A DNA stretch of 47,214 nucleotides from Gammaproteobacteria bacterium (GTDB taxonomy: Bacteria > Pseudomonadota > Gammaproteobacteria > Tethybacterales > Persebacteraceae). The notes under the pieces were generated by a model that had not been told where the DNA came from, searched no databases, and was given only the letters and a program-made list of their open reading frames with translations. Numbering within the stretch: position 1 is the stretch's first letter; each line of letters begins with the position of its first letter. Positions 8,294-19,590 of the stretch are shown piece by piece. The stretch is taken from assembly GCA_020027345.1 (NCBI GenBank), contig JAHRAH010000154.1:1-47214 (forward strand), read 5' to 3'. Made by a program: the position numbers and the translations under genes.

Positions 8294-9511
8294 ATGGACG
8301 ACTCGCAGCAGCAGCAGCCCGCGGCTTTGCAGCCGCCGAAGATACCGTGGCGGCGCGACCCGGCGGTGCGCGCGCTCTTTTTTCAGGGCGCGCTGATTGC
8401 CGCGCTCTTGTGGGCGATTGTCACCGTCGCCGGCAACACCGCGCGCAATATGGAAGAGCGCGGGATAAAAATCGGACTGCATTTTTTTGACGATGTCGCG
8501 CCGTTTTCCATCCCGCTGGATTTCTTTCCGTTCTGGTCGTTCACGCTGGGCGAATCCCTGTATTGGGAGGTTTTCGTCATCGGCGTGCAGAACACGATTA
8601 TCATCAGCGTTTTTGGAATCATCGGCGCGACGGCGCTGGGGTTTTTCGTCGGCGTTTTGCGCCTTTCGCCGAATTGGCTGGTCGCCAAATTCGCCGCCGC
8701 CTACATAGAGGCCTTTCGCAACACCCCGCTTTTGCTGCAGTTGCTTTTTTGGAACTTCGCCGTGTTTTTGCCGCTCGCGCCGCCGCCGCGCCAGAGTTGG
8801 ACTTTGGGCGAAAGTTTTATTCTCAACAAAGCGGGATTGTATTTGCCGAATCCGGTGCTGACCGGAATCGGCACGGTTATTTTTACGGTTTCGGCCGTCG
8901 CCGCAATAGCCGCAATAATTGCAATGCGCAAGTGGGCGAAAAAACGGCAGGAAGAAACCGGCAAACCGTTCCCGCTTTTTTTCGCGTCGCTTGCGGTTTT
9001 AATTGCCGCGGCTGTTTTGGCTTTGCTTTTTGCCGGCGAGCAGGTTTCGTTTGAATACGCCGAACTGAAAGGGCTGAACTACCGCGGCGGCGCGCGTTTG
9101 CCGCTGATTGCTTTTGCATTGTGGTTTGGGTTGACGGCATACACCGCCGCCTTCATCGCCGAAAATGTGCGCGGCGGAATCGTCGCCGTCGCCAAGGGGC
9201 AGAGCGAAGCGGCGCGTTCTTTGGGTTTGCACCACGGCGCGACGCTCAAACTCGTCGTCATCCCGCAGGCGATGCGGGTGATTATCCCCCCGACCATCAG
9301 CCAGTTTTTAAATCTTACAAAAAACTCTTCGCTCGCAGTCGCCATCGGTTATCCGGAAGTCGTAAATGTGTGGGCGGGCATTTCCTTAAATCAAACCGGG
9401 CAGTCGCTGGTGATTATGGCGATGACGATAGGCGTGTATTGGGTTCTTTCGCTGCTCACATCCGCCGCGCTTAATTATTACAACACGCGCGTGCAATTGC
9501 GGGGACGGTAA
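8294..9511 (+). CDS. aapQ: amino-acid ABC transporter permease
   Basis: Multi-TM protein with EAA-type loop GQSEAARSLGL. Position matches AapQ/BztB. Confidence 0.85.
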   Translation: MDDSQQQQPAALQPPKIPWRRDPAVRALFFQGALIAALLWAIVTVAGNTARNMEERGIKIGLHFFDDVAPFSIPLDFFPFWSFTLGESLYWEVFVIGVQNTIIISVFGIIGATALGFFVGVLRLSPNWLVAKFAAAYIEAFRNTPLLLQLLFWNFAVFLPLAPPPRQSWTLGESFILNKAGLYLPNPVLTGIGTVIFTVSAVAAIAAIIAMRKWAKKRQEETGKPFPLFFASLAVLIAAAVLALLFAGEQVSFEYAELKGLNYRGGARLPLIAFALWFGLTAYTAAFIAENVRGGIVAVAKGQSEAARSLGLHHGATLKLVVIPQAMRVIIPPTISQFLNLTKNSSLAVAIGYPEVVNVWAGISLNQTGQSLVIMAMTIGVYWVLSLLTSAALNYYNTRVQLRGR

Positions 9512-9513
9512 CG

Positions 9514-10656
9514 ATGGCGGGCGCTGTTTTCACACCCATTGCCGCGCGCCCGGCGCCGGCGGCGACGGTCGGGGCGCTCGGCTGGGTGCGCGCGAATTTG
9601 CTTTCTTCGCCGATAAACGCGCTGCTCACTTTGGCGGCGTTGTATTTTGCGTGGAAGGTGATTCCGCCGTCGCTGGACTGGTTGTTTTTTAATGCGACGA
9701 TTTCCGGCGGCACCGTCGCGGAGTGCAAAACCGCCGGCGAGGACGGGCTGATTGTGGACGCCCCCGGCGCCTGCTGGACTTTTGTGAAAGTGCGCTTTTT
9801 GCAGTTGATGTTCGGACTGTATTACAGCGGCAACCTGGACCAGGTCTGGCGCCCGGTTTTGATGTTCGCGCTTTTTGTCGGATTGATGATTCCGCTTTTT
9901 GTGCGCTCGTTCCGCAAAAAACTTTTGCTGGGCGCTTTTATTGTTTTCGGTTTTCCGTTTGTCGCCTACGCGCTCGTTCACGGCGAATGGCTGGGCTTGC
10001 CCGTCGCCGACACCGACCAGTGGGGCGGCTTTATGCTCACTTTCTTTCTCGCTTCGGTCGGCATCGTCGGCGCGCTGCCGCTGGGCATTTTGTTCGCGCT
10101 CGGGCGGCGCTCGCAAATGCCGGTGATACGCGCGTTCTGCATTTTTTACATTGAGATGTGGCGCGCGGCGCCGCTTATCACCGTGCTGTATATGGCTTCC
10201 AATTTATTGCCGCTCTTTTTTCCTTCGGAAGTGGATTTTGACAAAGTCGCGCGGGCGATGATAGGCATCACGCTTTTTCAATCGGCGTACACCGCGGAAG
10301 CGATTCGCGGCGGCTTGCAGGCGCTGGACCGCGGGCAGTTTGAGGCGGCGGACGCGCTCGGCTTCGGCTTTTGGAAAAAAAGCGGGCTGGTCGTTCTGCC
10401 GCAGGCGCTTAAGATTTCCATTCCCGGCATTGTCAATTCCTTTATTGAATTGTTTAAGGACACGACGCTGGTTTTGATTATCGGCCTTTTTGACTTGCTC
10501 AATATGGCGGAGACGGCCTCGCGCTCGCCGGAGTGGAAGGGCTACGATTTGGAGGCCTATGTTTTTACCGCGTCGGTGTTTTTTGTTTTCTGCTTCGGCA
10601 TGTCAAAATACAGCCAGGCGCTTGAGCGCAAACTGCACACGGGGCACGCGCGCTGA
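9514..10656 (+). CDS. aapM: amino-acid ABC transporter permease
   Basis: Multi-TM protein with loop [11 protein letters not shown]. Starts 3 nt after the aapQ stop. Confidence 0.85.
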   Translation: MAGAVFTPIAARPAPAATVGALGWVRANLLSSPINALLTLAALYFAWKVIPPSLDWLFFNATISGGTVAECKTAGEDGLIVDAPGACWTFVKVRFLQLMFGLYYSGNLDQVWRPVLMFALFVGLMIPLFVRSFRKKLLLGAFIVFGFPFVAYALVHGEWLGLPVADTDQWGGFMLTFFLASVGIVGALPLGILFALGRRSQMPVIRAFCIFYIEMWRAAPLITVLYMASNLLPLFFPSEVDFDKVARAMIGITLFQSAYTAEAIRGGLQALDRGQFEAADALGFGFWKKSGLVVLPQALKISIPGIVNSFIELFKDTTLVLIIGLFDLLNMAETASRSPEWKGYDLEAYVFTASVFFVFCFGMSKYSQALERKLHTGHAR

Positions 10657-10679
10657 TTTTTCACAGGGGAGAAAAAACA

Positions 10680-11489
10680 ATGGAAAACGGAAACACCGAA
10701 AACACCGAAAAGCCCGCGCAAAACGGGGGCGCCCCGCCGCAAAACGGCAACGGCGAAATGTGCATGTCGCTGAACGCCGTCAACAAATGGTACGGCGAAT
10801 TTCATGTGCTGCGCGACATCAATCTGGAGGTTTGCACCGGCGAAAAACTCGTCGTCTGCGGCCCCTCCGGCAGCGGAAAGTCCACGCTCATCCGCTGCAT
10901 CAACCGGCTGGAAGAGCATCAGGAGGGGCGCATTTCCGTCAACGGCATTGAGCTCAACGACGACCTCAAGCACATTGACGAAGTGCGGCGCGAAGTCGGG
11001 ATGGTGTTTCAGCACTTCAATCTCTTCCCGCATCTCACCGTTTTGCAAAACCTGACTCTCGCGCCGATTTGGGTGCGCAAAACGCCGAAGAACGAAGCGG
11101 AGGAAATGGCGATGCATTTTCTGAAGCGGGTGAAAATCCCCGAACAGGCGGCGAAGTATCCGGGGCAACTCTCCGGCGGGCAGCAGCAGCGCGTCGCCAT
11201 CGCGCGCTCGCTTTGCATGAAGCCGAAGGTGATGCTTTTTGACGAGCCCACTTCGGCGCTGGACCCGGAAATGATAAAGGAAGTGCTGGATGTGATGGTG
11301 GAACTCGCCCGCGAGGGAATGACGATGCTTTGCGTAACGCACGAAATGGGATTCGCGCGCACGGTCGCCGACCGCGTCATCTTTATGGACGAGGGCCAAA
11401 TCGTGGAAGAAAACAACCCGGAAGATTTCTTCAACAACCCGCAAAACGACCGCACCAAATTATTCCTGAGCCAAATACTTTCGCATTGA
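10680..11489 (+). CDS. aapP: amino-acid ABC transporter ATP-binding protein
   Basis: Walker [10 protein letters not shown], signature [13 protein letters not shown], Walker [12 protein letters not shown]. Confidence 0.9.
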   Translation: MENGNTENTEKPAQNGGAPPQNGNGEMCMSLNAVNKWYGEFHVLRDINLEVCTGEKLVVCGPSGSGKSTLIRCINRLEEHQEGRISVNGIELNDDLKHIDEVRREVGMVFQHFNLFPHLTVLQNLTLAPIWVRKTPKNEAEEMAMHFLKRVKIPEQAAKYPGQLSGGQQQRVAIARSLCMKPKVMLFDEPTSALDPEMIKEVLDVMVELAREGMTMLCVTHEMGFARTVADRVIFMDEGQIVEENNPEDFFNNPQNDRTKLFLSQILSH

Positions 11490-11500
11490 CTGGCGGAACG

Positions 11501-12355
11501 ATGCGGCTGGACCAGTTTTTTACGCACAAAACCGCCGCCGCTCGCTGCTGGCGGACTTTGCGGCGGGTGCTGGCGAAATTGAACGGCGGCGGAGAAGATT
11601 TGTTTTTTGTGGAACCGGCGGCGGGCGACGGGGTTTTTTATGATTTGCTGCCGGCGGAACGGCGGCTGGGAATTGACATCGCGCCGAGGCGGAATGAATT
11701 TGTCCGCGCCGATTTTCTTAAGCGTCCCCTTGTTTTGCCGCATACGCCGCGGCGGACGGTTGTTGTCGGCAATCCGCCTTTTGGAGTGCGCGGAAAAACC
11801 GCGGTGGAATTTTTTCGCCGGGCGGCGGGAATGGCGGAAACCGTCGCCTTTATCGTTCCGGTTATATTCCGCAAATATTTCATACACAAACAACTGCCAA
11901 AACGGTGGCGCTGGATTTTTTCCGAGGGGTTGCCGCGCGACTCTTTTTGGACACCGGATGGAAAAAATGCGGTGGTCAACACTGAATTTCAGGTATGGAC
12001 GACTCTGCCAAACAAGTTTTCCGATATGCGCTTGTTTGTACCGCCGCCGATTCGCCACGACGACTTTCAAATATGGCAGTACAACAACACGCGTGAAGCA
12101 TTGAAGGCATTCAAGGAGGGCTTTGATTTTGCTGTTCCCTGCCAGGGCTGGCAGGACTACACTCGCCGCGAAACGCGCGCGCGCGACTGCGAAAAACATA
12201 AGCAGTGGATGCTTTTCGCCCCCGCAAATCCTCTTGTTCACAAGCGACTGCATCGCGGGATTGACTATGCGCAATTGGCAATGCGCAACACCACCAGTGT
12301 TCCGGGATTTCGCAAGGGGGACATTGTGCAGGAGTACATTCGCCGCTATGGGTAA
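11501..12355 (+). CDS. N6-adenine (NPPF-type) DNA methyltransferase of a type II R-M pair
   Basis: ATG at 11501 (the ORF track start at 11330 overlaps aapP). SAM motif FVEPAAGDGVF and catalytic motif VVGNPPFG. Its 3' end overlaps the next ORF by 8 nt. Confidence 0.8.
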   Translation: MRLDQFFTHKTAAARCWRTLRRVLAKLNGGGEDLFFVEPAAGDGVFYDLLPAERRLGIDIAPRRNEFVRADFLKRPLVLPHTPRRTVVVGNPPFGVRGKTAVEFFRRAAGMAETVAFIVPVIFRKYFIHKQLPKRWRWIFSEGLPRDSFWTPDGKNAVVNTEFQVWTTLPNKFSDMRLFVPPPIRHDDFQIWQYNNTREALKAFKEGFDFAVPCQGWQDYTRRETRARDCEKHKQWMLFAPANPLVHKRLHRGIDYAQLAMRNTTSVPGFRKGDIVQEYIRRYG

Positions 12356-13028
12356 TTTGTATATGTTGTTTGAAGACCTGCGGGCAAACAAGGGGTTTTA
12401 CCTCGGCAGCACTAAGGGCCGGGATTTTGAGGACCGCCTGGGCGAAAAACTGCACGAATTGGGTTATTCGCGCATTGTGCGCAGGGCTGACATGCTGAAA
12501 GTGGAGGTGCTGGACAAATTTTCCGAGCGCGGGATTATCAATCCGTTTTCTCAGTTCCGCCGGCACTTTATTTTGCAGCCGTATGGCTCGCAAAATTATC
12601 CGGATTTTCTCGTGCTGGACGACGACAGGGTTGTTTGCATGGAAGTTAAATTCAGCCAACGCGGGCAAAAAAGCCCGGTTTGGAACAGCGGGTTGCCGCG
12701 CGCCAACGGCGTGTACATTTTCGGCGCGGCGGGTGCCAAGGCGGATGTAACTTTCTTTCTTGGGAGCGATGTTGTCAGCGTCGACGACGCCAAAAAACTG
12801 CACGAATTTTTTGACAAACTTAGGGCGCTCCAGCGCGAATTTAATCAGAAAGAAATGGGCAGTCAGCCCTACGGTTTTTCCGCTTATGTGCGGAAGGCGT
12901 TTGAGCAAAAAGTTGCATTTAACAAAGACGCGTCGCTCGACTTTTTTAAGAATCAAAACCGGAAAACGCTTGAAGACGCTGTAATAACGCATTTGCTTCA
13001 GCCGTTTAATGGTGATAACGCAAATTGA
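12348..13028 (+). CDS. putative type II restriction endonuclease (PD-(D/E)XK-like)
   Basis: ATG at 12348 (MGNLYM...). PDFLVLDDDRVVCMEVKFS fits the PD...(D/E)XK pattern. Translationally coupled to the methyltransferase. Confidence 0.6.
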   Translation: MGNLYMLFEDLRANKGFYLGSTKGRDFEDRLGEKLHELGYSRIVRRADMLKVEVLDKFSERGIINPFSQFRRHFILQPYGSQNYPDFLVLDDDRVVCMEVKFSQRGQKSPVWNSGLPRANGVYIFGAAGAKADVTFFLGSDVVSVDDAKKLHEFFDKLRALQREFNQKEMGSQPYGFSAYVRKAFEQKVAFNKDASLDFFKNQNRKTLEDAVITHLLQPFNGDNAN

Positions 13029-13030
13029 CT

Positions 13031-13150
13031 ACATACTGCCGCCTGCGCGGCGAAATGGACTTCGCCCAATTGGCGATGCAAAGCGCAACAACCGTCCCCG
13101 GCTTTCGCAAAGGCGACATAGTGCGGGAATATTCCCGCCTTTACGGTTAA
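13031..13150 (+). pseudogene. remnant of a second, diverged methyltransferase 3' end
   Basis: Translates to ...RLRGEMDFAQLAMQSATTVPGFRKGDIVREYSRLYG*. The intact methyltransferase C-terminus is ...RLHRGIDYAQLAMRNTTSVPGFRKGDIVQEYIRRYG*. 22 of the last 30 residues are identical by hand alignment. Confidence 0.65.
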
Positions 13151-13178
13151 CCGCCGCCGTTGCCGGACACAAATCAAA

Positions 13179-14153
13179 TCAATTAAACTGCTCCTCCAAT
13201 TCGGCGAACTCTGGCGGGGGCGGGGATTCCACGATAACATCGCCGCCGCCGGGGAGTGAAAATGCGAGCCGTTCGGCGTGCAGAAACATTCGCCGCAGGG
13301 CGGGGGCGGCGCGGGCGAGGGCGCGGTTTTGCGCGAAGTCGCCGTATTTGCGGTCGCCGACAATCGGCAAGCCGGCGGCGGCGAAATGCGCGCGCAGTTG
13401 ATGCGTGCGCCCGGTGAGGATTTGCGCGCGCACAAAAGCGGCGCCGCGTTTTTGCGAAAGCAGCCGCGAAACGGTTACCGCCTCCGCGCCGGCGGCGTCC
13501 ACAGCCGCCATTCGCGCGCCGTCTTTTTGCCGCACCCGGCGCAGCGGCAGGGCGATGCGGCGGTGCTTTTTTTGCCATTCGCCGAAGAGCGCGGCGCGGT
13601 AGGTTTTTTCCACTTTGCGCTCGCGCCAGAGTTTTTGCGCGGCGCGCAACGCCGAGGGTTTTGTCGCCAAAAGCAGCGCGCCCGAAGTTTCGCGGTCCAA
13701 GCGATGGACGAGTTCCAAAAAACGGTCGCCGCGCTTTTGCCGCAGCCGTTCAATGACGCCGAAGGCGATGCCGCTGCCGCCGTGAACGGCAAGCCCGGCG
13801 GGTTTTTCCACGGCAAGAAAACCGTTTTCCTCAAACAACACCGGCAACGGCGCAAACTCGGAATCGGCGCGCGCGGCTTTTTCGGCGCGAACGGTGTTGC
13901 GGGCGGCGCGCTCTTTTTGCAGCCCGCACAACACCGGCGGCAGCCGCAAACGGTCGCCGCTCGCCACTCGCGAATCGGGTTTTGCCCGCCGTCCGTTAAT
14001 GCGAACCTGCCCGCTGCGAATCAACCGGTAAAGCAAATCCCGCGGCGTCTTTTTGCACTCCCGCAAAAGAAAGTTATCCAGCCGCTGCCCTTCCCGCTCT
14101 TCCGCAACCGTCAACACTTCCGCCCCCGCTAAACTCCCGCCCATTTCCGCCAA
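13179..14153 (-). CDS. rluC: 23S rRNA pseudouridine synthase RluC
   Basis: S4-like N-terminus (GQRLDNFLLRECKKTPRDLLYRLIRSGQVRINGRRAKP), catalytic HRLDRETSGALLLA, GRTHQLRAH. Divergent from rne as in E. coli. Start is TTG 14153 or ATG 14144. Confidence 0.85.
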   Translation of the reverse strand: MAEMGGSLAGAEVLTVAEEREGQRLDNFLLRECKKTPRDLLYRLIRSGQVRINGRRAKPDSRVASGDRLRLPPVLCGLQKERAARNTVRAEKAARADSEFAPLPVLFEENGFLAVEKPAGLAVHGGSGIAFGVIERLRQKRGDRFLELVHRLDRETSGALLLATKPSALRAAQKLWRERKVEKTYRAALFGEWQKKHRRIALPLRRVRQKDGARMAAVDAAGAEAVTVSRLLSQKRGAAFVRAQILTGRTHQLRAHFAAAGLPIVGDRKYGDFAQNRALARAAPALRRMFLHAERLAFSLPGGGDVIVESPPPPEFAELEEQFN

Positions 14154-14182
14154 TTTTACAACCGCCGCGCGGACAACACTTC

Positions 14183-14289
14183 TTTACCCCCCGCCGCGCA
14201 GCGGGGGGGGGATCGGAGTTTGCCGTCCACATCGCCAGATAGGGACGGCAAACTCCGGGGGGGTGGAGGGAGTGGAGGGGTGGAATGCG
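14183..14289 (+). repeat. family E composite hairpin element, forward copy
   Basis: TACCCCCCGCCGC..GCGGGGGGG..CGGAG-[hairpin TTTGCCG..CGGCAAA]-CTCCGGGGGGGTGGA. Paralog at 45783-45860. Confidence 0.75.
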
Positions 14290-14310
14290 TCCGCAACCGT
14301 CAGCGACACC

Positions 14311-14431
14311 CCGTCATTCCGGCGAAAGCCAGAATCCATACGGTCTTACTTTTTCTCCGATTTTCGGGTGCGGGAAAGATTCCGCGTTTTTCGCGGAATT
14401 GTATGGATTCCGGCTTTCGCCAGAATGACGG
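14311..14431. mobile_element. family B MITE-like element (about 121 bp, ~30-bp terminal inverted repeats)
   Basis: CCGTCATTCCGGCGAAAGCCAGAATCCATAC ... GTATGGATTCCGGCTTTCGCCAGAATGACGG. No coding capacity. Confidence 0.75.
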
Positions 14432-14442
14432 TTGCGAGGACG

Positions 14443-14530
14443 CCCTCCACCCCCCCGGAGAATACCCCGCCGACTTCGTCGTCGGGGTATTCTCCGACCC
14501 CCCGCAAGCGGCGGGGGGTATAGTTAATTT
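14443..14530 (-). repeat. family E composite hairpin element, reverse copy
   Basis: Its reverse complement shares both termini with 14183-14289 but has a different internal hairpin (AATACCCCGACGACGAAGTCGGCGGGGTATT). Paralog at 45895-45988. Confidence 0.75.
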
Positions 14531-14550
14531 TTCAGCGGCTGACGCGGGCG

Positions 14551-15423
14551 TCAGTATTCTATTTTGCCGGAGGGGGAATAATCCGGGTTTTTTGCGCGGC
14601 GGCGAATGTATTCCAGCACTTCCGGGGAGTTTTCCTGTTCGGCGGAGGGCAAAAAAAGCGCGCGGCGACGGTCGTCCCCCGCGCTCGCCCGCTTCGGCGG
14701 GGCGCACAAATAATACAGCGCGAGCGAGCGCCGCTCTTCGCCTTCGGGGGATTGCACCGCGCCCGTCATTCCGTGCCAACTTTCGCAGGTGGTGTCAAAA
14801 ACCACCGCGCGGTTGAAGAGCGGCGCGATTTCCGCTTGCATTGCGCCCGCCGCGCCGGGCGTTTTGCCGCGCCCCCAAAGCCCGAGCGCGCCGCCCCATT
14901 CTGCGCGCCAATGGGGATTGAGATACACCAGCAAATTGAGTTTGCGCCGCAGCCCCGTTTTGGGATGAATGTCGTAATCCAAATGCGTGTTGAGTTTGCC
15001 GCCCTTTTTGTGCGAGTGCCAGCCGCCGCCGTGCAGCCCCGCGTCGGGAAAAAGCGTTTTGCCGCGCCCGAACAAAGCCGAAAAAGCGGCGACAAACGGC
15101 GCGCCGTTGAGTTCAAAAAAAACGCGGTAGGTCGCGGGCGGGAAGCGGTCCCAGGCATTCAGCGTTTTTTTGACCTGCACCGGGCTGGCGTAAGAGCGCC
15201 ACGCCGGAGAATCGTAAGCGGGGAATTCTTCCGCCAGCGCCTTCGCCGTTGCGGGCGCGAAAAAGCCGTCAATGACGCAGTGCGGGAAAGGTTTCGCCTG
15301 CGCAAAGCCGCGCGCTGCGGCGCAAATGTTTTCGGCGTTAACCAGCGCGCCGAGCGAGGCCCCGGCGGGAAGGGCGCGCGCGGGCGCCGGAGTTTTGCGG
15401 GCAACCCGCGTATTGTCGGACAT
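14551..15423 (-). CDS. 2OG-Fe(II) oxygenase family protein (prolyl-hydroxylase-like)
   Basis: ATG at 15423 is preceded by GGGGGA. HxD motif in NTHLDYDIH, distal His in ESWHGM, and RSLALYY fits the 2OG-binding Arg. Confidence 0.75.
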   Translation of the reverse strand: MSDNTRVARKTPAPARALPAGASLGALVNAENICAAARGFAQAKPFPHCVIDGFFAPATAKALAEEFPAYDSPAWRSYASPVQVKKTLNAWDRFPPATYRVFFELNGAPFVAAFSALFGRGKTLFPDAGLHGGGWHSHKKGGKLNTHLDYDIHPKTGLRRKLNLLVYLNPHWRAEWGGALGLWGRGKTPGAAGAMQAEIAPLFNRAVVFDTTCESWHGMTGAVQSPEGEERRSLALYYLCAPPKRASAGDDRRRALFLPSAEQENSPEVLEYIRRRAKNPDYSPSGKIEY

Positions 15424-15667
15424 GGATTTTCCCCCGTCGGAACGCGCGGCGAATGTACCGGCGGCCGCGCCTTCCCCGCCGCAGGGGAAGCCGGGCCGGG
15501 TACACAAGCACAATGATGTTTGTTCCGCGTATTTCCCTGAACGGCGCGAGGCCGCTCGGCCCCCGCTGGCTGCAGACCGACGGGGGTTGTCGGGTTTTTT
15601 ATTCGGCGAGCAACCCGACGAGCGGGCATTACGCCTGTGTACCGTCGGGAATTATAACACGGCGGCG

Positions 15668-15676
15668 TGATAAAAT
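15668..15676 (+). promoter_or_regulatory. extended -10 box TGaTAAAAT, 6 nt before ATG 15683
   Basis: TG-n-TAAAAT, then GCGGCG, then ATG. No SD. Confidence 0.4.
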
Positions 15677-15682
15677 GCGGCG

Positions 15683-16315
15683 ATGGATAAAGTTTTTGTT
15701 TACTGGGACAACTCCAATATTTTCATCGGCGCGCAGGAACTGGCGGAAGAGCGCGAAAGCAACGCCGACGCGGGCTACCGCGTACGCGTTAATTTCAGGA
15801 ATATGTTCAATCTCGCCCGCGCCGGCAGGGATGTGGCGAAGGCGCTCGCCGTCGGCTCCATTCCGCCGCCGCTGCGCAATGTCTGGGACCATCTCCGGCG
15901 GCAGGGCGTGGAAGTGCAGCTCTACGACCGCGGCGAAGCCGAGAAAAAAGAGCAGGAAGTCCCCGACCGCCTGCTGCAATTGGAAATGCTGCGCGACGCG
16001 CTGGACCACAACGGCGACCCCGGAATCGCCGTGCTGCTGACCGGCGACGGCGGCGGATATTACAAGGGCCCCGGCGTCGGCTTTCACAAAGAATTGGAGC
16101 GAATGCACAAGCGCAAATGGCGCATAGAAGTGCTTTCGTGGCGGCATTCCTGCAACCAGCGCATGCGCAAGTGGACGGAAGAAAACGGCGTTTTTATCGC
16201 GCTGGACGATTTTTACGAATCGGTAACTTCGGTCAAGGAATCGGAGCCGGGCTATCCGCCGGTGCGCGCGCGCGAATCGGCGCCCCTGGATTTGTCCCGC
16301 CGGGCAAAGGCGTAA
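15683..16315 (+). CDS. NYN-domain (PIN-like, LabA/DUF88-type) putative ribonuclease
   Basis: VFVYWDNSNIFIGAQ N-terminal Asp/Asn motif and LLTGDGGG motif, typical of NYN domains. Confidence 0.75.
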   Translation: MDKVFVYWDNSNIFIGAQELAEERESNADAGYRVRVNFRNMFNLARAGRDVAKALAVGSIPPPLRNVWDHLRRQGVEVQLYDRGEAEKKEQEVPDRLLQLEMLRDALDHNGDPGIAVLLTGDGGGYYKGPGVGFHKELERMHKRKWRIEVLSWRHSCNQRMRKWTEENGVFIALDDFYESVTSVKESEPGYPPVRARESAPLDLSRRAKA

Positions 16316-16343
16316 CCGTCCCTTTTTTCGCCCGCAAAAAAAG

Positions 16344-16372
16344 TTTGGCGAAAGGGAGTGGAAGGGGTATAA
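16344..16372 (+). promoter_or_regulatory. candidate rne promoter TTGGCG-N17-TATAAT with a ~230-nt leader
   Basis: -35-like at 16344-16349 and -10 TATAAT at 16367-16372. A long structured leader would parallel the autoregulated rne 5' UTR known in E. coli. Confidence 0.35.
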
Positions 16373-16608
16373 TTGGCGCGATGAAAACTTTTCGGCTTGC
16401 CGGGGGTTTTTCCCGCGGGGTGTTATCCGCGGCGGTTTTGGTCGCCCGCCGGTTTGAGTGGCGGCTTTTTTGATTTTGCGCGAGCAGCCAGACGAAACGG
16501 TGACGGCACTACACGGCGGACATTGGAAAACGGCGAAGCGCCCCGCAGCGGAGTTTGCGGCGGCGGCGGCGCCTTTCGGCGGCGCGCGCGCGCAACGGAA
16601 AGACGGAA

Positions 16609-19026
<2,418 letters not shown>

Positions 19027-19041
19027 TACAATGAGCACCCC

Positions 19042-19114
19042 GGGGGTATAGCTCAGATGGCAGAGCGCTTGCATGGCATGCAAGAGGTCAGCGGTTCGAC
19101 CCCGCTTATCTCCA
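19042..19114 (+). tRNA. tRNA-Ala (anticodon GGC)
   Basis: Cloverleaf folded by hand. Acceptor GGGGGTA/TATCTCC with G3:U70, anticodon loop ATGGCAT, T-loop GGTTCGACC, discriminator A. CCA not encoded. Confidence 0.9.
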
Positions 19115-19119
19115 AAGCC

Positions 19120-19192
19120 GTCCCCATCGTCTAGAGGCCCAGGACATCGCCCTTTCACGGCGGCAACAGGGGTTCAAATCCCCTTGGGGACG
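19120..19192 (+). tRNA. tRNA-Glu (anticodon UUC)
   Basis: GTCCCCATCGTCTAGAGGCCCAGGACATCGCCCTTTCACGGCGGCAACAGGGGTTCAAATCCCCTTGGGGACG closely parallels E. coli tRNA-Glu. Anticodon loop CTTTCAC. Confidence 0.9.
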
Positions 19193-19200
19193 CCTAACTT

Positions 19201-19309
19201 GTCATTCCCGCGAAAGCGGGAATCCATACAATCTTGCCTGCTTCGTTATTGTTGCGGGGTTTGCCTTTTTCCCGGCAAAAGTATGGATTCCCGCTTTCGC
19301 GGGAATGAC
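19201..19309. mobile_element. family B MITE-like element (ATTCCC-N8-GGGAAT cores in both termini)
   Basis: GTCATTCCCGCGAAAGCGGGAATCCATAC ... GTATGGATTCCCGCTTTCGCGGGAATGAC. Confidence 0.75.
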
Positions 19310-19458
19310 AAGGGTGCGCTGCAACGGCAAAACCCGGCGTTTGATAAAATCACAAAAACACGCCCGGATGGTGAAATTGGAAGACACGAAGGACTTAAAA
19401 TCCTTTGCCCGAAAGGGCGTGCCGGTTCAACCCCGGCTCCGGGCACGCCCGCGCCCCC

Positions 19459-19575
19459 AAAAACAAATTAACCCCCCCCCCATCTCCGATGGGGGGTGGT
19501 GGGAGGGGGAAACCCCAAAAAACAAATTAACCCCCCCCCCATCTTTGATGTGGGGGGCTGGGGGGGGGAAACCCC
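19459..19575 (+). repeat. two tandem family C poly-C/poly-G hairpin elements
   Basis: AAAAACAAATTAA-C10/11-ATCTYYGAT-G-runs-AAACCCC occurs twice with a period of about 58 bp. The array ends 15 nt before the argJ ATG. Confidence 0.8.
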
Positions 19576-19590
19576 AAAGCAAAAAAAGCA

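Noticed and set aside
6816-12391. Long minus-strand ORFs across the aap operon and methyltransferase (326, 253, 212, 295, 460 aa)
   Set aside because: Same shadow-frame signature. The ABC transporter genes on the plus strand are unambiguous.
19193-19590. tRNA-Glu 3' flank as an integration site for a genomic island
   Set aside because: Only a MITE-like element and two family C units lie between the tRNA and argJ. There is no integrase, no direct repeat of the tRNA 3' end and no cargo genes.
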